The notes below the pieces were generated by a model. It was not told the DNA's origin. It saw only the letters and a list, made by a program, of their open reading frames with translations, and made no database searches. A stretch of DNA of 64,000 nucleotides from Rhodothermales bacterium (GTDB taxonomy: Bacteria; Bacteroidota; Rhodothermia; Rhodothermales; JANQRZ01): NCBI GenBank assembly GCA_039944855.1, contig JBDUXZ010000001.1, positions 2,568-66,567 of the forward strand. Reading direction: 5' to 3'. Below, piece after piece: positions 9,983 through 18,526 of this stretch (positions within the stretch are counted from its first letter, which is position 1; every line of letters begins with the position of its first letter). Position numbers and translations under genes: made by a program.

Positions 9983-11023
9983 ATGTCTGACCCCTTCGTG
10001 CGCCGTCCCGACGAGGCCCCCGAGCCGGCGCCGGTTCCGCCTATCGTCGCCGCGCCGCTGCCCTACACGCCGGGCGAGTTCGTCGTCCTCCGAGACCCGT
10101 TGCCGGGAGCAGAGCCGATGCGGCTGAGCGGCGTGCTGGAGCGCCAGCGGTTCCACCCGTTGCTTACGGCGTTCCTGACGTTTGTCGGCGGCTTCGTGAT
10201 TTACCAACTCGTCGGGACGGTCGTGATGCTCGTCGCGGCGATCCGGTCGATGGGAGGGGAGGCGCTGGATGTGGAGAGCGTGCTGGCGGCCGTGCAGACC
10301 GATGCGTTCGCGCTTTTTGGTGGCAACGCGATCGGGCAGGTCGCCGGGTTCCTCCTCTTCGTGCTCTTCATGACGTGGCTCCACACCCCGGACGTGGCTT
10401 CGTACCTCCGCGTGCGCCGGATCGATGGGGCGCAGCTCGGGCTAGCGGGCGTCGGCCTGCTGACGTTGCTGCCGCTCGTGTCGTGGCTCGGCGAGCTGAA
10501 CGCACGGCTGCCCCTCCCCGAAGCGTGGCAGGCGTGGGATGAGCAGCAGTCCGCTCTGCTCGAACAGGTACTCGGCGCCGAGCTCAACGTGTTCTACGTC
10601 CTCCTCGTCGTCGCGCTGACGCCGGCGATCTGCGAAGAGGTGATGTTCCGGGGCTATCTGCAGCGGCAGGTCGAGCGGCGGCTCGGCGTCGTGTGGAGCA
10701 TCGTGCTCGTCGGCCTCGTCTTCGGCATGTTCCACCTCCGCCCGACGCAGGTGCTGCCGCTCGCCACGCTCGGGATGTACCTCGGCTTCTCGGTGTGGGT
10801 GACGGGGAGCCTTTGGGCGGGTGTGCTGATCCACCTCATGAACAATGGCCTCGCCGTGATCGTGAGCGACTACGTCAGCCGGAGCCCGGACGTGGACGCG
10901 GTGGCGCTCGAATCTCTCGCGGTGCCGTGGTATCTTGCCATCGTGAGCGCGGCCGTCGTCGCCGGCGTCGCCTTCCTCATGCTGCGGCGTCGACAGGCCC
11001 TCCTCGCCGACTTCCCCGCGTGA
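9983..11023 (+). CDS. CPBP family intramembrane glutamic endopeptidase (CAAX protease-like)
   Basis: It has multiple TM helices plus the three CPBP motifs: EEVMFRGYLQ, FGMFH and HLMNN. Confidence 0.8.
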   Translation: MSDPFVRRPDEAPEPAPVPPIVAAPLPYTPGEFVVLRDPLPGAEPMRLSGVLERQRFHPLLTAFLTFVGGFVIYQLVGTVVMLVAAIRSMGGEALDVESVLAAVQTDAFALFGGNAIGQVAGFLLFVLFMTWLHTPDVASYLRVRRIDGAQLGLAGVGLLTLLPLVSWLGELNARLPLPEAWQAWDEQQSALLEQVLGAELNVFYVLLVVALTPAICEEVMFRGYLQRQVERRLGVVWSIVLVGLVFGMFHLRPTQVLPLATLGMYLGFSVWVTGSLWAGVLIHLMNNGLAVIVSDYVSRSPDVDAVALESLAVPWYLAIVSAAVVAGVAFLMLRRRQALLADFPA

Positions 11024-11068
11024 CCCGCTAGTCCCTTCTCCTCTTTCGCCTCTCCCGACCTGACCGCT

Positions 11069-11449
11069 ATGGCTGACGATCCCCGCACGTACCAAGACTG
11101 GGTGGCCGTGTTCAACACCTCGACCGACTACGAGGCCGACCTCCTCCGCGACCGGCTCGACGCCGCCGGCATCGCCGCCGTCGTGCTCACGCAGCGCGAC
11201 CACGCCTTCAACCTCAACGTCGGCGACCTCGCGCCCGTCCGCGTGATGGTGCGGCCCGAGGACGTCGGCGCGGCGCAGGAGGTCATCAACGAGAAGCCGT
11301 TCACGGACGAGGAACTCACCGAGGCCGCGATGAACGCGGACCCCGACAGCGAGGACGCCCACACCGCCGACGAGGAGGGCATGCTCGACTCCGGCCCCGA
11401 TGCCATCCGCTTCTCCGCCCCCGACGACGACGACCCGGTGAAGCGGTAA
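11069..11449 (+). CDS. DUF2007-like small protein (putative signal-transducing fold) with acidic tail
   Basis: WVAVFNTSTDYEADLLRDRLDAAGIAAVVL...VMVRPEDVGAAQEVI resembles the DUF2007 pattern. Codon usage looks like real coding sequence. Confidence 0.55.
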   Translation: MADDPRTYQDWVAVFNTSTDYEADLLRDRLDAAGIAAVVLTQRDHAFNLNVGDLAPVRVMVRPEDVGAAQEVINEKPFTDEELTEAAMNADPDSEDAHTADEEGMLDSGPDAIRFSAPDDDDPVKR

Positions 11450-11538
11450 GAGGTTGCTGGTTTGGGGTTCGGGGTTGTGAGTCCTGCATCGACCCCCTCG
11501 TAACCTCGAACCCCCCAACTCCCCACCCCCGACCTCGC

Positions 11539-12357
11539 ATGAGCAACCTCACACAGCGCGTCCTGACGGCCCTCATCGGGGCTCCGCTGGTCGTGGGGGT
11601 GGTCTACCTCGGGGGGTGGTTCTTCGGCGGGCTGATGCTGCTCGTCGGGCTGTTGGCGCAGCGCGAGTTCTACGGGCTGGCCGAGGCGGCGGGCATCCGC
11701 CCGCTGAAGAGCGTCGGCCTCGTCGTGGGGGGGCTGCTGATCGTGCGGTCGCTCGTCCCGCTCGCCGTCCCGCTCGCCGTCCTCGGACTGATCGTCGTCC
11801 TCGTGGCCGAGCTCTACCGCCGGCTCGACGGGCCGATCCCGAACGTCACGGCGACGGTCTTCGGCGCGATCTACCCCGCGCTCCTCGTCGGCTACTTCGT
11901 CGACCTCCGCGTGCTCGGGGCGACGGGCGGGCTCGGCGACATGGGCGCGTTCTGGCTCACCGTCGTCGTCGTCGTGGCAATCTGGGCGTCGGACACGTTC
12001 GCGTACTTCACCGGCCGCGCGTTCGGCTCGCACCCGCTCTTCCCGCGCATCTCGCCGAAGAAGACGATCGAGGGCTCGGTCGGCGGTGTCGTCGGGGCGA
12101 TCGTGGTCGTCGTCGCGTTCAAGCTCTTCCTCGTCCCGTTCCTGACGTGGGGCGACGCCGCGTTCGTTGGCCTCGTCTGCGGGGCGTTCGGGCAGCTCGG
12201 CGACCTCGTCGAGAGCCTGCTCAAGCGGTCAGTCGGGGTGAAGGACTCGGGCCACTACCTCCCCGGCCACGGCGGAATGCTGGATCGGATCGACGCGATG
12301 CTCGTCGCGATCCCCGTCGTGGTGTTGTATTTCGATTACGTCCGTGGCGTGTGGTGA
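11539..12357 (+). CDS. cdsA: phosphatidate cytidylyltransferase
   Basis: It is a polytopic membrane protein with the CdsA signature SPKKTIEGSVGG...DLVESLLKRSVGVKDSGHYLPGHGGMLDRID. Confidence 0.9.
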   Translation: MSNLTQRVLTALIGAPLVVGVVYLGGWFFGGLMLLVGLLAQREFYGLAEAAGIRPLKSVGLVVGGLLIVRSLVPLAVPLAVLGLIVVLVAELYRRLDGPIPNVTATVFGAIYPALLVGYFVDLRVLGATGGLGDMGAFWLTVVVVVAIWASDTFAYFTGRAFGSHPLFPRISPKKTIEGSVGGVVGAIVVVVAFKLFLVPFLTWGDAAFVGLVCGAFGQLGDLVESLLKRSVGVKDSGHYLPGHGGMLDRIDAMLVAIPVVVLYFDYVRGVW

Positions 12358-12460
12358 TGCGGGGCCGGATGCGCGGGGCCGCGGGCGGTCCGTGACGGAA
12401 CGGTGGCAGAGGGGGTCGGTATAATGGCGCCGACCGAAATCCGCCCAGGCACCCGGCTCC

Positions 12461-12652
12461 ATGTTGACCCCGAGACACCGTCCCAAAGCCCGCCGTTTCC
12501 ACTACGAACCGCGTTTTTACGACCCCAGTAAAGACGAGCGGATCAAGCAGCGGATCCGCTTCAAGAGCAAGACCCGACGCGGGAAGCAGCCGGCGTTCAT
12601 CGCCGTAGCGGTACTGCTCCTCATCGCGTTCTACATCTACACCAACCTGTAA
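12461..12652 (+). CDS. small basic protein with C-terminal TM helix (hypothetical)
   Basis: The 63-aa ORF has a basic N-terminal part (RFHYEPRFYDPSKDERIKQRIRFKSKTRRGK) followed by one hydrophobic helix (AFIAVAVLLLIAFYIY). It fills an otherwise empty gap between cdsA and mutL. Confidence 0.5.
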   Translation: MLTPRHRPKARRFHYEPRFYDPSKDERIKQRIRFKSKTRRGKQPAFIAVAVLLLIAFYIYTNL

Positions 12653-12744
12653 GCGAGCCGCGTTCTACCGCTGCTGCTTTTCCACCCCGTGCGAGCCCCG
12701 GCTCCACGCGCTCCCAACCCCACCGCGTGCCCCGACCCGACCCG

Positions 12745-14676
12745 ATGGCCTCCCTGCCCGACACGCCGGACGAAGCGGGAACGTCTTCGGCCGTGCCCGA
12801 CGAGTCCGCGCCGGACGGGCTGATCCGCGTGCTGCCGGAGACGCTCGCGAACAAGATCGCGGCGGGGGAGGTGGTGCAGCGGCCGGCGTCGGCGCTGAAG
12901 GAGCTGATGGAGAATGCGCTCGACGCGGGGGCGGGGCAGGTGACGGTCGTCCTCCGGCAGGCGGGGAGCGAACTCGTGCAAGTGGTGGACGACGGCTGCG
13001 GCATGGGCCCGGCCGATGCCGCGACGTGCTTCGGCCGCCACGCGACGAGCAAGATCACCTCCACCGACGACCTCGAGCGGATCCGCACGCTCGGCTTCCG
13101 GGGCGAGGCGCTCGCCTCGATCTCCGCCGTGGCCCACGTCGAGCTGAAGTCGAAGCGGCGGGGCGATGCGGCAGGGACGTGCGTGCGCTACGAAGGGGGG
13201 ACGTGCGTGGCGCAGACGCCGTGCGCCGCGCCGGACGGGACCTCGGTCGCCGTGCGGAACCTCTTTTACAACGTACCCGCCCGGCGCAATTTCCTGAAGT
13301 CGCCCGCGACGGAGTTCAAGCACCTCGTCGAGACGTTCCAATTTCTGGCGCTCTCGAACCCCGAAGTCGGCTTCACGCTCGTCCACGACGACGCCGAGGT
13401 CTACCGCCTCCCGCCCTCCGAAGGCGGGTTCGACGCCGCGCTCCGCCGCCGCATCGGCGATCTGATGGGGACGCCCGACGAAGCCCTCGTCTCCGTCGCC
13501 GAGGCGACGAGCTACCTCTCCGTCCGCGGCTTCGTCGGCGGGCCGGAGCAGGCGCGGAAAGGCCGCAGCGATCAGTACCTCTTCGTCAACGGGCGCTACA
13601 TCAAGAACCGCTCGCTCGACCACGCCGTCGCCGCCGCTTTCGACGACCTGCTGCCGAAGGGGACGTTCCCGCTCTTCGCCCTCTTCCTCACGCTCGACCC
13701 GCGCCACGTCGACGTCAACGTCCACCCGACGAAGACGGAGGTCAAATTCGACGACGAGCGCGGGATCTACGGCTTCCTCCGCGCCGTCGTCAAAAAGGCC
13801 CTCGGCGACGCCGACGTGATCCCGAGCCTCGGCGACGGCTTTCCGAGCAGCCGCGCCGAGCAGTCCGTCGTCACCGCATCGCCGGCCGACTTCCGTCCGG
13901 TGCAGTTCGAGACCACGACGCACGTCGAAGCCGGCGGGAGCCGGTCCGCGTCGCCGATGCCGTCCGACCCGACCGCGATCCGGTCGTTCGAGCGACAGCG
14001 GCCGCTCGGCGATGACTTTGAGTTGGAAGTGGAGTCCGCGAAGTCCATCCCCTCCGGCCCGCGCCCGATGGAGCCCGAGGGCATCGAAGACGACTTCACG
14101 CCCGGCGACCGGCCCCCCGTGTGGCAGCTCCACAACCGCTACGTCGTCACGCCGATCCGCTCGGGGCTCATGCTGCTCGACCAGCGCGCCGCGCACGAGC
14201 GCATCCTCTACGAGCAGGCGCTCGCCGCGCTCAACGGCGGCCTCGCGTCGTCGCAGCAGCTCCTCTTTCCTGTCACGCTGGAATTCCCGCCAGCCGACTT
14301 CGAACTGCTGCAGGAACTGCTGCCGAACCTCGCCCTCCTCGGGTTCGAGATCACGCCGTTCTCGGGGCGGACCGTCAAGGTCGAGGGAGTCCCCGCCGAT
14401 GTGCAGGTCGGCCGCGAGCGGCTGATCTTGGAGGAGGTGCTGGAGCAGTACAAAGCGTACCGCGACGGCCTCCAACTGCAGGACCGCGACAACCTCGCGA
14501 AGAGCCTCGCGCGTCGGAGCGCCATCAAGCCCGGCAAGGCGCTCAGCGACGACGAAGCCCGCTCACTCATCGACCAGCTCTTCACCTGCGAGATGCCGTA
14601 CGCCTGCCCGCACGGCCGCCCGACGATGATCAAAATTTCGATGGAAGAGCTCGAGCGCCGCTTCAATCGGGGGTGA
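12745..14676 (+). CDS. mutL: DNA mismatch repair protein MutL
   Basis: GHKL N-terminal motifs are present (LPETLANKIAAGEVVQRPASALKELMENALDAGA; DDGCGM). The C-terminal dimerisation/endonuclease region includes ACPHGRP. The GTG at 12727 is an alternative start. Confidence 0.92.
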   Translation: MASLPDTPDEAGTSSAVPDESAPDGLIRVLPETLANKIAAGEVVQRPASALKELMENALDAGAGQVTVVLRQAGSELVQVVDDGCGMGPADAATCFGRHATSKITSTDDLERIRTLGFRGEALASISAVAHVELKSKRRGDAAGTCVRYEGGTCVAQTPCAAPDGTSVAVRNLFYNVPARRNFLKSPATEFKHLVETFQFLALSNPEVGFTLVHDDAEVYRLPPSEGGFDAALRRRIGDLMGTPDEALVSVAEATSYLSVRGFVGGPEQARKGRSDQYLFVNGRYIKNRSLDHAVAAAFDDLLPKGTFPLFALFLTLDPRHVDVNVHPTKTEVKFDDERGIYGFLRAVVKKALGDADVIPSLGDGFPSSRAEQSVVTASPADFRPVQFETTTHVEAGGSRSASPMPSDPTAIRSFERQRPLGDDFELEVESAKSIPSGPRPMEPEGIEDDFTPGDRPPVWQLHNRYVVTPIRSGLMLLDQRAAHERILYEQALAALNGGLASSQQLLFPVTLEFPPADFELLQELLPNLALLGFEITPFSGRTVKVEGVPADVQVGRERLILEEVLEQYKAYRDGLQLQDRDNLAKSLARRSAIKPGKALSDDEARSLIDQLFTCEMPYACPHGRPTMIKISMEELERRFNRG

Positions 14677-15052
14677 TTGGGAAGGAGCCTGCCCAATTAC
14701 CTCGCTCGCCGCGCTTCGCGCCGTAGGGGCGCGAGGCGTCGCGCCCTGGTCGGGATGGATGGGCACTCTGAGGAGGAACGGCTCGGGGCACACGGCTCGG
14801 GGCTCTGTTGAGAAGCTCGAATGGATGTCATCCTGAGCGGAGGCCGCAGGCCGCAGACGAAGAACCCGTAGGGACTCGTCCCGAAGGCTCGGCGAAGCCC
14901 ATCTTTCCGGGGAAGCCCGCAGCAGACTGTCGCAACTGTCTCCGCAGAGATCCCTCGGCTCCACTCCGTTCCGCTCGGGATGACCACGTAGAGAGCTCCT
15001 CACCAGAGCACTCGGCGCGGCGAGTACCTTTCTCGTCCCTGACCGCGCCGCC
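14677..15052. repeat. structured intergenic repeat region (REP/MITE-like palindromes)
   Basis: An 8-bp-stem hairpin GGGCGCGA-GGCG-TCGCGCCC lies at 14727-14746. A 14-nt inverted repeat, GTCATCCTGAGCGG (14827-14840) and CCGCTCGGGATGAC (14971-14984), matches at 13 of 14 positions. No credible ORF is present. Confidence 0.6.
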
Positions 15053-16426
15053 ATGCCCTTCCTCCAGCGATTCATCGATTTTGTTGCCGAGCGCGCCTTG
15101 CTCGCGCCGGGAGAACGCGTGGTCGTCGGCGTCAGCGGGGGGCTCGACTCGACGGTGCTGCTGCACCTCGTGCGAGCGGCCGGCTTCGATCCTGTCGCGG
15201 CGCACGTCAACTACGGCTTGCGTGGCGCAGCATCGGACGCTGACGAGGCGTTCGTGCGCGAGCAGGCCGAGGCGTGGGGCATTCCGGTCCACGTCCACCG
15301 CGTCGAACTCGGAGACGGCTCGGTGCAGGCGGAGGCGCGGGAGGCGCGGTATCGGTTCTTCGACGAGCTGGCGCGTGAGGTCGGAGCCCGAGCCGTCGCC
15401 ACAGCGCACCACCGCGACGATCAGGCGGAGACGCTGCTGCTGAACCTGCTGCGCGGGGCCGGTCCGACCGGTCTCGCCGGAATGCCCCACCTCCGATCGC
15501 TTGCCCCCGGCTCGCCCGCCGACCTCGTTCGTCCGCTGCTGTGGGCGACGCGGGCCGAGATCGACGTCTACGCCCGCGAGCACGGGCTCCGCTGGCGCGA
15601 CGACGCGACGAACGCGACGAGCGACTACCGCCGCAACGCACTCCGGCACGAGGTGCTGCCCCTCATCGAAACCCATTTCCCCGGCGCTGCCGCGCGAATC
15701 GCGCACACGGCCGATGTGCTCCGCGACTACCTCGACAGCGGGGCCGCGCTCGCCCCCGACGTCCTCTTCGATGCGGCAGCGGAGGAGAGCGAAGAGGGGC
15801 GAGGGCTCCGCATCGATGTACTCGCGGCGCAGCCCGAGGTCGTGAGGCGGGGGCTCCTGCTCGAAGCGCTCCGGCGGTGGGCGCCGGACGCTCCTCGCAC
15901 AACGGCTTCGGTGGCGGAGCTCGACGCGCTCGTTGACGCGCAGCCGGGGCGCCGCGTCGCGTGGGCAGGCGTGACGGTGTGGCGCGAGCGGGATCGGATC
16001 ATATTTGCCCCGCCGCACGAACCTGCCACGTTCGCCGTCGAGGTGGAGCCTGGAGAGACACCGACGCCAACCGGCACGCTGCGAGTGGAGTTGCTAGACG
16101 GTGTGCCAGCAGCCTTCGCCGCGTCGCCGCTCGTCGAGGTCGTGGACGCGGATCGCCTGCGGTTTCCGCTCATGCTGCGGCCGTGGCGGCACGGCGACGT
16201 CGTGCGCCCGCTTGGGCTCGACGGGCACAAAAACGTTAGCGACGTGCTTACGGAAGCGCGCGTGCCGCCGCATCGCCGTGCGCGGGAGCCCGTGCTCGTT
16301 TCGGACGGGGAAATCGTGTGGGTCGTCGGCCACCGGCTTGGGTCGGCGTTCGCGGTCGGGCCCGCTACGCGCCGCGCCGTCCGGCTGACGTGGTTGCCGT
16401 CGGATTCACTGGCACCCGACGCGTAG
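15053..16426 (+). CDS. tilS: tRNA(Ile)-lysidine synthase
   Basis: It has the PP-loop motif VVVGVSGGLDSTVLLHL, a TilS-like central domain and a C-terminal substrate-binding region. Confidence 0.88.
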   Translation: MPFLQRFIDFVAERALLAPGERVVVGVSGGLDSTVLLHLVRAAGFDPVAAHVNYGLRGAASDADEAFVREQAEAWGIPVHVHRVELGDGSVQAEAREARYRFFDELAREVGARAVATAHHRDDQAETLLLNLLRGAGPTGLAGMPHLRSLAPGSPADLVRPLLWATRAEIDVYAREHGLRWRDDATNATSDYRRNALRHEVLPLIETHFPGAAARIAHTADVLRDYLDSGAALAPDVLFDAAAEESEEGRGLRIDVLAAQPEVVRRGLLLEALRRWAPDAPRTTASVAELDALVDAQPGRRVAWAGVTVWRERDRIIFAPPHEPATFAVEVEPGETPTPTGTLRVELLDGVPAAFAASPLVEVVDADRLRFPLMLRPWRHGDVVRPLGLDGHKNVSDVLTEARVPPHRRAREPVLVSDGEIVWVVGHRLGSAFAVGPATRRAVRLTWLPSDSLAPDA

Positions 16427-16468
16427 GGGCGCTACCTTCGGGTGCCGCTCATCTCACCGCGCCCTTCC

Positions 16469-17050
16469 ATGTCCGACTCCGCCGCCCCCGCCATCGCTGA
16501 GACCGTCACGTGTCGCGGCGAGACGTTCCGGATCTACCTCGACGCCGAGACGATCGCCCGCCGCGTCGCCGAGATCGGCCGCGCCATCAGCGAGGAATAC
16601 GAGGGCCAGCGGCCCATCCTCATCGGCGTGCTCAACGGGGCGTACATGTTCCTCGCCGACCTCATGCGCGCGGTCACGATCGACTGCGAGGTGGACTTCC
16701 TCAAGCTCTCGTCGTACGGCGCGGAGAAGGTGTCGAGCGGGACGGTGACGGAGCTGAAGAAGATCGACGCGCAGATCGAGGGCCGCCACGTCATCGTCGT
16801 CGAGGACATCGTCGATACCGGGCTCTCGATGCAGTTCATCACCGATCTGATGAAGGAGGCGAAGCCCGCTTCGGTCAAGACGGCGACGCTGCTCCACAAA
16901 AAAGCCGCGACGAACCCCGACCTCAATCTGCGACTCGACTACGTCGGCTTCGAGATCGACAACCTGTTCGTGATCGGCTACGGGCTCGACTACGGCCAAC
17001 TCGCCCGCAACCTCCCCGCCATCTACATTCTCGAAGATCAGGCGGCGTGA
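16469..17050 (+). CDS. hpt: hypoxanthine phosphoribosyltransferase
   Basis: The PRPP-binding motif VIVVEDIVDTGLSM is present, and length and layout are typical of Hpt. The ATG at 16469 is preferred over the GTG at 16442. Confidence 0.9.
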   Translation: MSDSAAPAIAETVTCRGETFRIYLDAETIARRVAEIGRAISEEYEGQRPILIGVLNGAYMFLADLMRAVTIDCEVDFLKLSSYGAEKVSSGTVTELKKIDAQIEGRHVIVVEDIVDTGLSMQFITDLMKEAKPASVKTATLLHKKAATNPDLNLRLDYVGFEIDNLFVIGYGLDYGQLARNLPAIYILEDQAA

Positions 17051-17059
17051 CGCTCGGGC

Positions 17060-17081
17060 GAGACGCATCATGCTGCGTCTC
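17060..17081. terminator. hairpin between convergent hpt and HD-domain genes
   Basis: GAGACGCA-TCATGC-TGCGTCTC lies in the 30-nt gap between the two stop codons and overlaps the TAG of the minus-strand gene. Confidence 0.45.
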
Positions 17082-18439
17082 TACGGTTCGGTGGGAAACG
17101 CTTCGGCGAGGTCGAGGGTGACCTGTTTCGGGGCGCAGACGTAGTGCCGCACGACGGCCCCGGTGAGGGCTCCGACGGCGGCCACATCGGTCGCGCGCGA
17201 TAGCTCGCGGACGCGCCCGTCACGCTCCAAGATCGAGATGGAATCATCGGCGCGCTGGTACGCGTCGAGCGAGGAGCGGCCGACGGTGAGGTACGCACCG
17301 GCGTCGGCCACGGCATCGGACGGGGTGGAGAGGCCGGAGGTGACGAGCCACTCGGCGACGCGCTCGCGCCACAGGGCGAGGTCCTCGGGCGTCGGCTCGG
17401 CGGGGAGGTACGTCGTGCGGAAGAGGTCGCGGTCGACGAAGCGGCGGGCGAGGTCGGCGAGGATCGGGTCGGCGGCGTCGGTCCAGCGGCTCAGGCTGTA
17501 GAGGAGGTCGGTGTCGTCGAGCCGGCAGAAGGCGTCGAGCACGGCGGGTTCGTCGATCTCGGACGCGGTGACGCGGCGGCGGAGGAAGAACAGCAGGGCG
17601 GGGGAGGAGGCGAGCACGGCCGGGTCGCTGTCGGCGCAGCACCGCCGCGCGCGGGAGAACGCGGAGCGGAGGAGGTGGTCGGCCGCGATGACGGTCTTGT
17701 GGAGGTAGACCTGCCAGTACATCAGCCGGCGCGAGAGGATGTAGCTCTCGACGGCGTACGCGCCCTTCGCCTCGATCACGATGTCGGCGCCAGCCCCGCC
17801 TTCGAGCGGGTGGACGCGCATCGTTTTGATGATCCGATCCACGCCGATCACGCCCTCGGCGACGCCGGTGTAGAACGAGTCGCGGCGGAGGTAGTCGAGC
17901 CGGTCCATGTCGAGCTGCGACGAGAGGAGGCTGTGGAAAAACGGCCGGTCGTACGCGCTGTCGAAGATGGTGAGGGCGAGGTCGAGCGCGCCGTCGAAGC
18001 GCTCGTTGAGCCGTTGGATCAGCACGCGGCTCATCCGCTCGTGCCGGAACGGTCCGTTGGCGTCGGGCCCGATGAGGTCGGTTTCGAGCGTATGCGAGAA
18101 GGGGCCGTGGCCGACGTCGTGGAGGAGGACGGCGACGAGCGCCGCTTCGTGCTCGGCCTCGGAGATCGGCGTGCCCTTCTCGGCGAGGCTGAGGAGCGCC
18201 TGCTGCATCAGCGCCGTCGCCCCGAGGGCGTGTTGGAACCGTGTGTGCTCGGCACCGGGGAAGACGAGGTGGCCGAGGCCGAGCTGCCGGATGCGGCGGA
18301 GCCGCTGGAACTCGGGCGTCTCGATGAGCGGGAGCAGCAGCCGCTTGGGGACGGAGATGAACCCGTGGACGGGGTCGGAGAAGATTTTAAAGCGGCTCGC
18401 CACAGGAGGAGTCGGAGGGGGAACGTAGAGACGCAGCAC
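17081..18439 (-). CDS. HD-domain phosphohydrolase (dNTP triphosphohydrolase/SAMHD1-like, COG1078-type)
   Basis: Motifs FQHALGA and VAVLLHDVGHGPFSH are present. The N-terminus FSDPVHGFISV is typical of this family. The start codon is GTG. Confidence 0.8.
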   Translation of the reverse strand: MLRLYVPPPTPPVASRFKIFSDPVHGFISVPKRLLLPLIETPEFQRLRRIRQLGLGHLVFPGAEHTRFQHALGATALMQQALLSLAEKGTPISEAEHEAALVAVLLHDVGHGPFSHTLETDLIGPDANGPFRHERMSRVLIQRLNERFDGALDLALTIFDSAYDRPFFHSLLSSQLDMDRLDYLRRDSFYTGVAEGVIGVDRIIKTMRVHPLEGGAGADIVIEAKGAYAVESYILSRRLMYWQVYLHKTVIAADHLLRSAFSRARRCCADSDPAVLASSPALLFFLRRRVTASEIDEPAVLDAFCRLDDTDLLYSLSRWTDAADPILADLARRFVDRDLFRTTYLPAEPTPEDLALWRERVAEWLVTSGLSTPSDAVADAGAYLTVGRSSLDAYQRADDSISILERDGRVRELSRATDVAAVGALTGAVVRHYVCAPKQVTLDLAEAFPTEP

Positions 18440-18526
18440 GCTGCGTCAGTCGAACGGGACAGAGACCGGCGGGATCCGGCGGCAGCGTTGAATCGAGGGC
18501 CTGTTCCGGCGTATCGTGCGCTCCCG

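Noticed and set aside
11450-11538. A short G/C-rich imperfect palindrome in the spacer before cdsA (GGTTTGGGGTTCGGGGTTG ... CTCGAACCCCCCAACTCCCC).
   Set aside because: It is only an imperfect, short inverted repeat in an 89-bp spacer. It is plausibly a terminator for the upstream gene or a REP fragment, but it is too weak to annotate as a feature.
17675-18526. N-terminal extensions in the ORF track, for example 17675..19912, 29800..32004, 36507..38054, 43319..45163, 53960..55078, 57001..58173, 34157..35149 and 28917..29768.
   Set aside because: The upstream parts overlap neighbouring real genes, in another frame or antisense, and have shadow-ORF composition. In each case an internal ATG or GTG gives a sensible N-terminus such as a signal peptide, lipobox or receiver start. 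The shorter coordinates were therefore used.
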